Assembly (NCBI RefSeq): GCF_006345805.1
Contig: NC_043006.1
Coordinates: 16,492,001 to 16,556,000, forward strand
Direction of reading: 5' to 3'
DNA: 64,000 bases
From: Octopus sinensis
Taxonomy: Eukaryota
The notes under the pieces were generated by a model. The model was not told where the DNA came from. It was given only the letters and a program-made list of their open reading frames with translations, and searched no databases. Positions 48,885 through 62,900 of this stretch are shown here, piece by piece. The position numbers and the translations under genes are program-made. Numbering within the stretch: position 1 is the first letter of the stretch; every line of letters starts with the position of its first letter.

Positions 48885-50496
48885 CATCATTTAGCGTCCG
48901 CTTTCCATGCTAGCATGGGTTGGACGGTTCAACTGAGGTCTGAAGCCAGAAGGCTGTATCAGGCCCAGTCTGATCTGGCAGTGTTTCTACAGCTGGATGC
49001 CCTTCCTAACGCCAACCACTCCGTGAGTGTAGTGGGTGCTTTTTACGTGCCACCTGCACAGGTGCCAGACGGAGCTGGCAAGCGGCCGCGGATGGATGGT
49101 GCTTTTTATGTGCCACCGGCACGGGGGCCAGGCGAGGCTGGCAACGGCCACGATCGGATGGTGCTTTTTACGTGCCACCGGATTATATATATATATATAT
49201 ATAATTGGAAATAGAGCCGTTGTATAGAATAACAAGAATAATAGAATAAAGTTGAAAAGGTGCCCATCGAATGTGTCTCCCCACCGCTTCTCTCCTTGGT
49301 TTGACATCATTTGATGGATGTAAATGAATCTCCCTGTCATACAGGTTGTGTACGTTAGTTCCAACCTTTCACAAAGTCATGTCTGGTCATTGGAAAATAT
49401 GACCTTGCTGAAAAACAGATAAGGGTTGGCAACAGGAAGGGCATCCAGTTGGAGAAAATTTTGTCCAATCCAAGAAAGCATGGAAGAGTGAACGTTCAAA
49501 TGATTATGAGATGTTCTTGAACATATATACACACACATATATATATATATAAGCACAGACAAAAGCTATGGTTAAGAAGTTGGCTTTAAAAAAAAGGAGT
49601 TTCAGATTCTGTTCCACTGCATGGCACCTTGGGCAAGTTTATTCTGTTATGGTCTCAAGCCAACTGAAGCTTTGTAAGTGGATTTGGCTGGCTGGAATGA
49701 AAAAAGCCTATTGTGTATGTGTGTGCTTGTTTTGTCTTGTCATCATATAATAGTTGTAAATCAAATGAGTGTCACCATAATGCAATCAATGTCATTTGTT
49801 TCCCATGTTCCTTGAAAACATGTCCAACCACAGGGAAAATATTATGTCGCTTGGAAATAGATGAGACTTAATGACAGTGAGGAAATCTGCCTCATCAAAT
49901 TTCTTCTGATCCATGTGAGCATAGAACAAAAAAATACACATTAATAGGATGATGATCTTGATATTTGTATAGTATTCGCTGCAATCCTGAGATCCCAGGT
50001 TCAATCCCAGTGAGAGGTATCTTCGGCAGTCATCTTATACGGTAGCCTCAGGTTGACGTGTGCCTGGTGTGTGGAATTTGGTTGGTGCACACTGTATAGA
50101 AGTGGCGGGGTTTGGCTTAGTAGTTAAGGCATTGAACTCATGCTCGTAAGATTCTGGTTTCACTTCCTGGACTAGGTAATGTGTTGTGTTCTTGAGCAAA
50201 ACACTTCATTTCATATTGCTCCTGTTCACTCAGCTGGCAAAACTGAATATTCCTGTGACAGACTGGCGTCTGGGGTGGGAGGAGTACATGCATCAGAAAA
50301 TCCGGGAAACCAGCCCTTTCAGTCCATATGAGTCAGGAAGGAGCTCAACCTCTTTTATCTTACTGTATACAAACCTGTCATGGATTGTAACTACAATTTG
50401 AAGATGCAGTCTTGTCACATATTGTGTCTGTGGAATACTCAGCACCATGAACATTTATCTAACCAATACGTACTTCTAAATGCTCATCATCTAAAC

Positions 50497-52521
50497 CAGT
50501 GGTTCTCAACCAGTTTTTCTCTATGGACCCCTTTGGTTATTGTTTTATTCTGGTAGACCCCAACAGCATTCAGATTATTCTGTCCAACGTAATGCTTATT
50601 TATTTGCATTGTTTTGGATTAGTCATGCATTACCTTTTTGTGTTGAGATTTCAATGTTGTCATCATCATCATCGTTTAGCGTCCGCTTTCCATGCTAGCA
50701 TGGGTTGGACGGTTCGACCGGGGTCTGGGAAGCCAGAAGGCTGCACCAGGCTCCAGTCTGATCTGGCAGAGTTTCTACAGCTGGATGCCCTTCCTAATGC
50801 CAACCGCTCCGAGAGTGTAGTGGGTGCTTTTATGTGCGGCAACAGCCACGATCGAAAAGGTGTTTTTTTACATGCCACTTGCACAGGAGCCACTCCAGTG
50901 GCACTGGCAACGACTTCGCTCAAATGTTTTTTCATGTGCCATCAGCACAAGTGCCAGTAAGGCGACACTGGTAACGATCAAGCTTGAATTGTGCTTTTTA
51001 CATGCCACCAGCATGGAAGCCAGTTAGCTGCTCTGGCAATGATCACTCTCGGATGGTGTGGTTTAAAAAGTTTACTTAGCAGTTACATAATTCCAGCTTC
51101 AATCCCACTGTACCGTCTATTGAACTGGTGTCTTCTCCTGCCTCCTCAGGCTGACTAAATTCCTTGAGTAAAATTTAGCTTGACAAACCTGTGCAGTTAT
51201 GTGTGATGATTATATAACACTTTTTGGTTATGCCCCATTTGTAACTCTATCTTATTTACCAAACTATTTGCTAAAACCAATACATCCTAAACAAATTCCC
51301 AATTTTTAAATGATATTTTACAAAAATTATTAATTCATCATCATCATTATTGTCTAGCGTCCGTTTTCCATGCTAGCATGGGTTGGACGGTTCGACCGGG
51401 GTCTGGGAAGCCAGAAGGCTGCACCAGGCTCCAGTCTGATCTCGCAGTGTTTCTACAGCTAGATGCCCTTCCTAACGCCAACCACTCCGTGAGTGTAGTG
51501 GGTGTGTTTTATGTGCCACCAGCACAGGTGCCAGGGGAGGCTGGAAACAGCCATGATCGGTTTGTGCTTTTTACGTGCCACCGGCATGGAAGCCAGTCAA
51601 GGCGGCGCTGGCATCTGGCTACGTTCTGATAGTGCATTTTACGTGCCACTGGCACAGGTATCACGTGATTGTTAAATCTTTAGAATGACATTATAGGATA
51701 AGTGTGAGAGGCTGAATATGGCCAGTCCCAATATAAAACGGGCAGAATATTTAGACTAGATATGGCCAGTTTAAATGCTAAAAGGTTAAAAACTCGTTCT
51801 GTAGATACTTCTTTCAAAGTTCCTATTTTGTTTTTCACACATTTACTTGTGTAACCTGAACTGTCGTCATCATCATCATCGTTTAACGTCCGCTTTCCAT
51901 GCTAGCATGGATTGGACGATTTGACTGAGGTCTGGCGAACCAGATGGCTGCACCAGGCTCCAATCTTGATCTGGCAGAGTTTCTACAGCTGGATGCCAAC
52001 CACTCCGAGAGTGTAGTGCGTTCTTTTACATGCCACTGGCACAGGGGCCAGTTAGGCAGTACTGGCAATGACCTCGCTCGAATGTTTTTCATGTGCCAGT
52101 AAGGTGACGCTGGTAACGATCACGCTTGAATGCTGCATTTTACGTGCCACCGGCACAGAAACCAGCTAGCCGCTCTGACAATGATCACGCTCGGATGGTG
52201 CTCTTAGCACCCCACTAGCACGGGGCACAAGTGCCAGTAAGGCATCAAACATTATAGAAAGGAACCAAGCAGCTTCTTGCAATAAATCCATCCAAAGCAA
52301 AATTTTTACATGGACCTTTCTCTTTTTTTTTTTTTTTTGTACTTGTTTCAGTCATTTGACTGCGGCCATGCTGGAGCACCGCCTTTAGTCAAGCAAATCG
52401 ACCCCGGGACTTATTCGTTGTAAGCCCAGTACTTATTCTATCGGTCTCTTTTTGCCAAACCGCTAAGTAACGGGGACATAAACACACCAGCATTGGTTGT
52501 CAAGCAATGCTAGGAGGACAA

Positions 52522-52564
<43 letters not shown>

Positions 52565-52809
52565 TACGACAGGCTTCTTTCAGTTTCCGTCTACCAAATC
52601 CACTCACAAGGCATTGGTCGGCCCAGGGCTATAGCAGAAGACACTTGCCCAAGATGCCACGCAATGGGACTGAACCCGGAACCATGTGGTTGGTTAGCAA
52701 GCTACTTACCGCACAGCCACTCCTGCGCCTCTAAATAAAACTATATGGATCCCCAATTTTGCTTGCATGGACTCCCAGGGATTGTATAGACCTTGGTTGA
52801 GAATCACTC
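50497..52809. mobile_element. hAT MITE expanded to 2.3 kb by nested insertions
   Basis: Termini CAGTGGTTCTCAACCA and tggttgagaatcactc; flanks ATCTAAAC and ATCTAAGC (7 of 8 match). Confidence 0.6.
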
Positions 52810-55800
52810 ATCTAAGCCAAAAAGAGAGTCCTTTGGTTTCATGTCATACCAGTAATTGAAAACCTTATATTTTTCTGGTGATTGGACTTATTGCAGCAGT
52901 AACGGGCCCTGGGTGAGGAAACAAACTATTTAATTACCTATAAGATACAGGCATGGCTGTGTGGCTAAGAAGTTCTCTTCCCGACCACATGGTTTCAGGT
53001 TCAGTCTCACTGCATAAAACCTTGGGTAGGTGTCTTTTAACTAAAGCCCCACATTGACCAAGGCCTTGCAAATAGATTTGATAGGTAGAAACTGAAAGAA
53101 GCCTGTTGTATACATTTGTGTGTTGTGTTTTGTATGTCCTTGTTGCAATGTATCGTTAGTTATACAACAAGGACATACAAAACAACACACACACACATAA
53201 ATGTATACAGCAGGCTTCTTTCAGTTTCTGCCGATCAAATCTATTTGCAAGGCGTTGGTCAATGTGGGGCTATAGTAAAAGACACTTACCCAAGGTGTTA
53301 TGCAGTGAGTCTGAGCCACACAGCCATGCCTGTATCATACAAACAAACTCCCCTATTTCCAGTTTTCCATAAAACCTGTCCAGTTGTGAGGATATATTAC
53401 TTTGCTTGAAAAACAAGTGAGGATCAGTGACAAGAAGGGCATCCAGTTGTAGAAAATCTACCTCAACAAATTCTTATTTCTTTACTGCCCACAAGGGGCT
53501 ACACACAGAGGGGACAGACAAATGGATGAAGTCGATTACATTGACCCCAGTGCGTAACTGGTACTTAATTTATCGACCCCCGAAAGAATGAAAGGCAAAG
53601 TTGACCTCAGCAGAACTTGAACTCTGAACGTAATGGCAGACGAAATACTGCTAAGCATTTCACCCTGCGTGCTAAGGTTTCTGCCAGCTTGCCACTTGCA
53701 ACAAATTCTGTCTGATCCATGCAAGCGTAGGAAAGTGGACTTGAACCCTTTAGCATTTTTTACCAGCCATCATCATCATCATCGTTTAACGTCCTTTCTC
53801 CATGCTAGCACGGGTTGGACGGTTCGACCGGGGATCTGGGGAGCCAGAAGGCTGCACCAGGCTCCAGTCTTATCTGGCAATGTTTCTACAGCTGGATGCC
53901 CTTCCTAACGCCAACCAGTCCGTGAGTGTAGTGGGTGCTTTTTACGTGCCACCTGCACTTTTTACGTGCCAACCCAGCCCAAATATTCTACCTGTTTTAT
54001 GTTTAAATTGGTCGGATCTGGCCTCTCACACTTATCCTACAATGCAATTCTAAAAATAATAATCACATCATCGAAATACCTAAGCTGTTAGGTGATGCAT
54101 GATTAATTCAGAACAATGTGAATGCATAAGCATTGCATTTAGCAGATTAATCTGAACGGCACGTAAAAAGCACCCACTACACTCACGGAGTGGTTGGCGT
54201 TAGGAAGGGCATCCAGCTGTAGAAACATTGCCAGATAAGACTGGAGCCTGGTGCAGCCTTCTGGCTTCCCAGATCCCCGGTCGAACCCTCCGACCCATGC
54301 TAGCATGGAGAAAGGACGTTAAACGATGATGATGATGATGATGACGAAAGGGTTAAAATGTTGCAGTGTTCATAAACAATAGGTGGGCCCATGCAGTTGC
54401 TAAGTGATATCCAAGAGATTGGAAAAGGGCTTCTTGGAAGGCCTCCATGACAATGGGAAAACAATTTGGTCAAAGCAGTGGTTCTCAATTTTTTTTTACC
54501 TATGGATCGTCTTAGCCATTTGATGTTTAAAAAAATCCTATCGCATTTTTATAATTAAATATTATTTGGAATTGTTTAAAAAATTGTTGATGTATTTTGT
54601 GTATTGTAGAAGAATAACTGATTTATTGCACATAAATTTCAACAAAAAAATCATATATGAACCCCTGTTGTGAACCACAGAGTTAAACAATTTTGGACAA
54701 GGTAGAAAAGAATAGCAGAATCAAGAAAGTGTTGGAGGTGCATTGTGACCAGCAATGTATAACATCTGATAGTCTGGTCATACAATTATATATATATATA
54801 TATAAATCAATTTGCAGGTAATACTCCACACCAAACATGAATTAATAAGGAAAGCTCATTTATTAAAAAATACAAACCACTGCTGAAGAGGATATAAAAA
54901 AAGCACTAATAATACACAAGTCTCATTTTCCTGTGAATTAGTTATTGTGGAATGTTTGTTTACTTAGGCTCATTCTTAAGGAAACCAAAATTCACGTAAC
55001 AGCTATCATCTATCTTATTTACTCCTTGTTAACAAAGAAGGGATATGTTTTAACATGTTCAGTGGGACAAAACTAGCACTGATTGATAACACTTTTATCT
55101 AAACTATTTTATCACTTGTTCATATCTCTCTCAGTGGAGAAAAGCTTTTGTGTGACCTTCTAGCATGACTGCCATGTAAGCTTAATTTATGAATGTTGAC
55201 CAGTCAATTTGTACATTAACAGAGAGTTTTATGAGTCACACTCCTACTTTAAAACCAAGCTATTTCCATAGCAACAGCCAGAATAGACATAATTCCATAG
55301 ATTTAAACACTTTTGAAAATCTAATGTGAAAGCGTATTCCTATATTTTAAAATATAATTCTGATTTAGTCTATTCAGGGTTAGGGTGGTAATGGAATGAA
55401 AGTGGATGAGAAGTAGAGTGATAAAAGAGTGGCAATAATCATCATCATCATCATCGTTTAACGTCTGTTCTCCATGCTAGCATGGGTTGGACGGTTCGAC
55501 CAGGGATCTGTGAAGCCAGAAGGCTGCACCAGGCTCCAGTCTTATCTGGCAATGTTTCTACAGCTGGATGCCCTTCCTAACGCCAACCACTCCGTGAGTG
55601 TAGTGGGTGCTTTTTACGTGCCACCTGCACAGGTGCCAGGCGAGGCTGGCAACGGCCACGGTCGGATTGGTATATTTTATGTGCCACCGGCACGGAAGCC
55701 AGTCGAGGCGGTGCTGGCATCGGCCACGAGTCGGATAGTGCTTTTTACGTACCACCAGACCAAGGATCCTGGCTGGTTCAATTCGATTTCGATTTCGCTT

Positions 55801-58800
55801 TTGCTTACCCCAACATGTCTTCGCAAGCAAAGGGGGTTGGCATGGGTGCCTGTCGTCGGATGAGGTTCTATATCGACTTCGCTTGCCTCAACAAGTCTTT
55901 GTGTCCAAGGGAGGAAAGGCATTCATAAGTGGGCTGGGCTTACTTGTCCTGCCTGGTCTTCTCACGTACAGCATATTTCCAAAGGTTTCGGTCGCTGGTC
56001 ATAATAATAACGATAAACTACTTGTATACAGTACTAAATACCTCGTTGGAAACTAGTTAAAAAGCAGGCAGAAAGTGGCAGTGAAAGCAAAAAGTGCATG
56101 TGTAGTTCACGAAAAATTACAAAGAAATAAAAAAGTGAACAGTGAAAGAGTCAAAAAAGTGCTTAAGTACATCTGGACAAATGTTGGTGAATCTTAGGAA
56201 CCCTCAAAGAATGCTGTGTCCTGACAGCTAACAATCGATGTGGGTAGTTTATTCCATGCTTTGACAATTTGATAGAAGGGGCATATGGAATGCCATTACA
56301 CAGGTGCATACCTTAAGGAGAAGAACAGAGGGTAATGAAGGGTTAAGTTGATGGAGACTTCATCATCATCATTTAACGTCTGTTTTCCATGCTAGCATAC
56401 CACTAAGCATTTCGCCTGGCATGCTAACAATTCTGCCAGCTCGCCGCCTTCTTTTGTATGTATATATTGTCATCACTTCTATGAAGTTTGAGATTAGCCT
56501 TCACCACTTCATTGCATGTCTTTGGTCCCCATCTCTCTCTTTTCCAGCTATTTCAAGTACACACTACTTTTTCTTATACAATTGCTTCACATGTCTACAT
56601 ATAGCAGACTTCACTCTTGTATCTTATGTCCAGTATTCTCATCATCATCATCGTTTAACGTCCGTTCTCCATGCTAGCATGGGTTGGACGGTTCGACCGG
56701 GGATCTGGGAAGCCAGAAGGCTGCACCAGGCTCCAGTCTTATCTGGCAAAGTTTCTACAGCTGGATGCCCTTCCTAACACCAACCACTCCAAGAGTGTAG
56801 TGGGTGCTTTTTACGTGCCACCCGCACAGGTGCTAGGGGATGCTGTCAACGGCCACGGTCGGATTGGTGCAATTTACGTGCCACTGGCACGGAAGCCAGT
56901 CGAGGCTGCGCTGGCATCGGCCACGATTCGGATAGTGCTTTTTACGTACCACCAGTCCGGGGATCCTGGCATCTGCCGGGTGCCAGTCATAGGATTGGTT
57001 CAATTTCGATTTCGATTTCACTTGCCCCAACATGTCTTTGCAAGCAAAGGGGGTTGGCATGGGTGCCTGTCGTCGGATGAGGTTCGATATCGACTTCGCT
57101 TGCCTCAACAAGTCTTTGTGTCCAAGGGAGGAAAGGCATGCATAAGATTTTCTCTGAGCTCATTTGTGCTTTGTTATTCATGCACGCTAACATGACACCC
57201 AGCAGGGCACGTTCACTTATTTCATTCTATCCATTGCAAAGCTTCCACATTCAAGGCCCACATTTCACGACTATGCAACTTTGCACTTTATATACAAGCA
57301 TCATACAATTTGGCCTTTGCCCTGAGATAGAGAGGAATTCCTTTTGACCAGTTAAGGTAATAGTTCCTTGATCTTACTCTGGTTACCATGCTTTCCTACA
57401 GAGTTCATTTTACCATACAGGCACAGGACAGACATGTCAGCAGTACAGACGGCAATTTTTAAAAGCTCTTCGATTCTGATCTCAGTTCCATTTTCCCTTT
57501 CTTCTACCACTGTACAATACAGCATTTTTCATTTCAAGTCCACATCTGTTGATCTTGCAAATATCAGCTAATGTCCATATTGTTTCCACTAGCTTATTTT
57601 AATGCAACAGTTTAACAATATACACCCAATTACACCATTATGTTCCACTTACTTTATCTGTTAACCCTTTCGATACCAACTCAGCTGAAACCAGCTCTGG
57701 CTCTGAGTACAAATGTCTTGTTTTCATAAGTTTTGAATTGAAATCTTCCACCAAACCTAGTCACAATTTATGTTCCTAACGTTAGCTGAATGATTACTAA
57801 GTTATTTTACTAAGTTCTTTGTTATATATAAAGAAACACAGAACATCTCAAAATAAATACAGTAACATCATCATCATCGTTTAGCGTCCGTTTTCCATGC
57901 TAGCATGGGTTGGATGATTTGACCGAGGTCTGGCGAATCAGATGGCTGTGCCAGGCTCCAATCTGATCTGGCAGAGTTTCTACAGCTGGATGCCCTTCCT
58001 AATGCCAACCACTCCGAGAATGTAGTGGGTGCTTTTAAAGTGCCACCGGCACGAGGGCCTGTCTGGTGGTACGGGCAACGGCCACGCTCGAAAATGGTGT
58101 TTTTTATGTGCCACCTGCACAAGAGTCAGTCCAGCAGCACTGGCCACGACCTTGCTCGAATGTTTTGTTCACATGCCACTGGCACAAGTGCCAGTGAGGC
58201 GATGCTGACAACGATCACGCTCAAATGGTGCTCTTTACGTGCCAGACAGCTGCTTTGGCAGTGATCCCGCTTGGATGGAGCTGTTAGCACTTCACTAGCA
58301 TGGGTGCCAGTCATTGAATTTGGTTCAGTTTTGATTTCACTTGCCTCAACAGCTTTGAATCTGGAAATTTGTGGTTGCAAAACAAAATTTGACACTTTGG
58401 TTATGGTCAGCTTTTTTCTAACTCAGTATGCTTGGCTGTGTGGTTAAGAAGTACACTTTCCAATCATATGGTTTCAGGTTCATTCCCATTGTGTGGCACC
58501 TTGGGCAGGTGTCTTCAACTAAAGCCTTGTGAGTGGATTTGGTAGACAGAAACTGAAAGAAGTCTATCATATGTATGTGAGTTCATGTTTCCCCTCATCT
58601 TCAGATGTTTTCCAGATGTAACAAATTCCCACTGTTCATTTGGGCATTTGCTTGCAGTCCACCTTTTGAAAGCTTGTCTCAGTTTCTTGATATATTGCAC
58701 TGTCTCCATGCATGCTTACTGATGTTCAAGAAAGGGGACACATTTAAATGGTGTTTTGTTTTTAGTTCTCTCTGCATAACAATGCCTGGGCTGTTCACTT

Positions 58801-58906
58801 GGAAACAAAGTGAGAAGTTGGCATCAGGAAGTAAAACGATTATGATAAAAAATTAAAACTTGCTCAAAAACACTCTTTCAATTGTTCTTAAAATTATATA
58901 TTTCAG

Positions 58907-59026
58907 GGATTTGGAGTAGCATCTAAATCAACACAAAATTGTCGGAGAGCAGACCCAATGGATATTGTTGCGTTTCATCAGGCAGACATTGGAGAATATC
59001 TCAGAAATGAAGACAGAATAATCTAA
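58907..59026 (+). CDS. NIP7: NIP7 exon 5 ([39 protein letters not shown])
   Basis: tttcag acceptor; [11 protein letters not shown] motif; TAA at 59024-59026. Exon lengths 56+87+139+141+120 = 543 nt = 180 aa plus stop. Confidence 0.95.
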   Translation, partial: GFGVASKSTQNCRRADPMDIVAFHQADIGEYLRNEDRII

Positions 59027-59936
59027 CTTCCTTTTTTTAAACTCAACTGTATTATATTTTTAGATGTATATATTTATATTGTTTTGCCCATTCATCTAAA
59101 TAAATCATTTGAACTTACAAGCATTTCTTTATTTTTTTGTTTAATATCTTTTACTTGTTTCAGTCATTATACTGTGGCCATGCTGGGGTTCCATCCACCT
59201 TGAGGCACTTTAATCCAACTAATCAATGATTTATTTTATTTTTAAGCCTGCTGTTTTTTGCCAAACCGCTTAGTTACGGGGATGTAAACGCACAAACACT
59301 GGTTGTCAGGCAGTAGTGGGACACACACAATAGGCTTCTTTCGGCTTCCCTCTACCAAATTCACTTGCCCAAGGTGCCATGCAGTGGGACTGAACCTTCA
59401 ACCATGTTGTTGGTAAGCAAACTTCTTACAACCCAGCCAGTGTAAATTTTTTCATTTAAATTCATTAGACTTAGCTGTGTGTGATTTTGTAACATTAACC
59501 CATTAACATTAAAACCGTCCATATCAGCCTAATTATTCCACCTGTTTTATGTTGAGATAAGCCATATCTGGCCCCTAACACCTACCCTACGATATCATTC
59601 TAATAACTAATAGTTATGTCAGAAAAATCTGAAAGCTATAAAACAATTTGTGGTTAATCCTAATAGTGTGATTAACTCTTTCGTTACCAACCCGGCTCTG
59701 GCTCTGAGTACAAATGTCTTGTTTTCAAAAGTTTTGAATTAAAATCTTCCACCAAACCTTAGTCATAATTTATGTTCCTAATATTAGCTGAATGGTAACC
59801 AAGTCATTTTACGAAATTCTTTGTTATATTTATAGTAATTGAAAGAAGCCCAAAGCATCTCAAAATAAATACAGTAACAAAAGGGTTAAATAATTTAAAT
59901 GCTAAAGAGGCAACTAGAGCTTCCAGTTTCATTCCG

Positions 59937-62900
59937 CGCAATTCTGCAAGATGGTTAATTATTTAAACTCTTTAGCAATTAGAACAAAATCGTTCTATGT
60001 GGTTTTGAAACAGGACACATATGAAAAGGGGTTTCAAAAACACGTAGAACGATTTTGTTATCTTGTATTTCTTTAAAAGATTTTCACACTTGTCAGAGTA
60101 TTCGTTTATTGATTTGGGATATTGTTTGTTCAATTTCGGAAAATGTGTGAATCACTTCCTTTTCAATTGTGTGACAAATATTTGAAGCATCGATTCAAAG
60201 CTTTTGATATGAGAGGAAACTAACTGGAGCCTTGTAGTTCCAAGTTCAAATTATTTAAATAACTAAGTTACATCTACTAAAAATTCTAAATCCTTTTGAA
60301 ACTTTTATCTTCCAGTTCTACAATAGGAACACTTTTAATCTCCATAAAAATCTTTACTTTTTCCTTCAGTTCATAAAATCGCTTAAGCATTTGGGCCTTA
60401 ACCGCCTAACTTCACAATGGTACAATAAATCCCCTTATTCAGCTTCAAGATCTTTTAAAAATTCTTTAAATTCCCTATTATTCAACCCTTTGCTTTTTAT
60501 CAAATTAACAGCCTTAGTTACAACCACTATTATATTTCCCAACTTGAGAGATTTTGCACATAAACTTTCCATATGAATAAAGCAGTGACACATAGGCGCA
60601 GGAGTGGCTGTGTGGTAAGTAGCTTGCTAACCAACCTCATGGTTCCGGGTTCAGTCCCACTGCGTGGCACCTTGGGCAAGTGTCTTCTGCTATAGCCCCG
60701 GGCCGACCAATGCCTTGTGAGTGGATTTGGTAGACGGAAACTGAAAGAAGCCTGTCGTATATATATATATATGTATGTGTGTGTTTGTCCTCCTAGTATT
60801 GCTTGACAACCAATGCTGGTGTGTTTATGTCCCCGTCACTTAGCGGTTCGGCAAAAAGAGACCGATAGAATAAGTACTGGGCTTACAAAGAATAAGTCCC
60901 GGGGTCGATTTGTTCGACTAAAGGCGGTGCTCCAGCATGGCCGCAGTCAAATGACTGAAACAAGTAAAAGAGTAATAAGTTTTCGGATCCAAAAGACGCT
61001 TCTTAAATTTATTCTAAATCTGAGCTACGAACCCTTTTTCACAACCTACCATAGATGGTGTGCTGTCTGTAGCAAGACCACTCATTTTTTCATACAGTAA
61101 ATTAAAATCCTTTAAAGCTGAGTCAACCATTTGAAATAAATCTTCACCTCTAGTTTGTTCCATGCATTAACTTCAAGGCAAGAAATCCTTCCCAAATGTT
61201 GAGTTTTGCAGTTATTCCACTTATAAATATTACCATCTGAGCAGCATTAGACAGATCAGTTGTCTCATCAACAGCTAATGAATACAATACAAATTTTGCT
61301 AAATCAGATCTTGGGAGAAATTTGAATGTCATCAGCAATATCTTTAATGCGATTGGAAACAGCTCTTCTTGTAGGCTAATATTTCCAAACAAAGTTTTTC
61401 TGGGCATATATTCTCAACAGCAGTAAGGATGCATTCTTTCACGAATTCACCATCACTACGTGGTTTTAAAAAATTTTTATTTTATCTAGTCTCAGCTCAC
61501 GAGCTGTGGCACCACCATTTCGACCATCACCTGCCGGAGCGTCGTGGAGCTTTTAGGTGTTTTTGCTCAATAAACACTCACAATGCCCGGTCTGGGAATC
61601 GAAACTGCGATCCTATGACCGCGAGTCCGCTGCCCTAACCACTGGGCCATTGCGCTTTTTTAGCAATATCTTTGCATACCACATAATTAGTTCGAGTTAC
61701 TGATTCACTTTCAAGAATCGACTTTTTGAAAAAAAGCTTGCCTTTTGGTCAGATTTTCTTTCAAGAAGGCTATCTTGGCTAAACGTTCAGATACTTGCAA
61801 GCTTTAATAGGTCTTATGCTTACTCACAAAATGCCTTTCAATATTATGCTTTTTATGAACGGCTACTTGTTCATTCGTTGTAAATAAGGCGCAGGAGTGG
61901 CTGTGTGGTAAGTAGCTTGCTAACCAACCACATGGTTCCGGGTTCGGTCCCACTGTGTGGCATCTTGGGCAAGTGACTTCTGCTATAGCCTTGGGCCGAC
62001 TAATGCCTTGTGAGTGGATTTGGTAGACGGAAACTGAAAGAAGCCTGTCGTATATATATATATATATATATAATGTGTTTGTGTGTCTGTGTTTGTCCCC
62101 CTAGCATTGCTTGACAGCCGATGCTGGTGTGTTTACGTCCCCGTCACTTAGCGATTCGGCAAAAGAGACAGATAGAATAAGTACTAGGCTTACAAAGAAC
62201 AAGTCCCGGGGTCAATTTGCTCGACTAAAGGTGGTGCTCCAGCATGGCCGCAGTCAAATGACTGAAACAAGTAAAAGAGTAAGGCACTTGTCTATTTCAA
62301 TAAAAAAAAAACCTTCATCTTTTTTTTTCTCTCTCCCTCTTGTCCAGACAGATGTTGATAAGCGAGTGGGTAAGGAAGGGCGATAACTGATAAGCCGATG
62401 ACATGAAAGTAGTTCCTGTTGACCTTTCTTGACACTGACTGATAGCAAAAATTATTTTTCACTGCTTTTTCAGAAAAAAATTTAGTAATAATTTTTTTTA
62501 TAATTCCTTTCACAAAGCACCAAATTAATAGTTTCTGTTTCGATGAAGTTTTACTAATTTGTTTTTGATTTTTAACAGATTTTAAAATATTTTTTTGCTT
62601 ACCGATTGACAGAATGAGGGTGAGTGTTGATTTCGGAGATTTTTTTCATAAAAATGTGAAAAACAAAATAGGGAGTGGGGTTCTTGGCACAGTATCTTCT
62701 ACAACGATACAGGCAATATATTTTTAGTTCTCTCAGCTAGAGTGTACTTGACTTTCAAGGGGGTCGTACAAACCTAGCAACGTGTTTCATAGTGATAACA
62801 AAATTTCCATTCAAATGGCAAATTACTGGATGATTTCTGTTCAAGTCTGACCGTTTTAAGTCATAGTGGAAACACGACCTATGTTGCAAATAGGCATACG

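Larger units (their letters stand above)
47100..58350. repeat. Cluster of about 11 RTE 3'-UTR copies in NIP7 intron 4 (+: 47100, 54157; -: 48885, 50661, 51336, 51864, 53768, 55437, 56361, 56640, 57867)
   Basis: Each carries the (CAT)n-cgtttaacgtcc..ccatgctagc end of the family; all but the short 56361 copy also carry ggatgcc..gccaacc. Confidence 0.8.
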
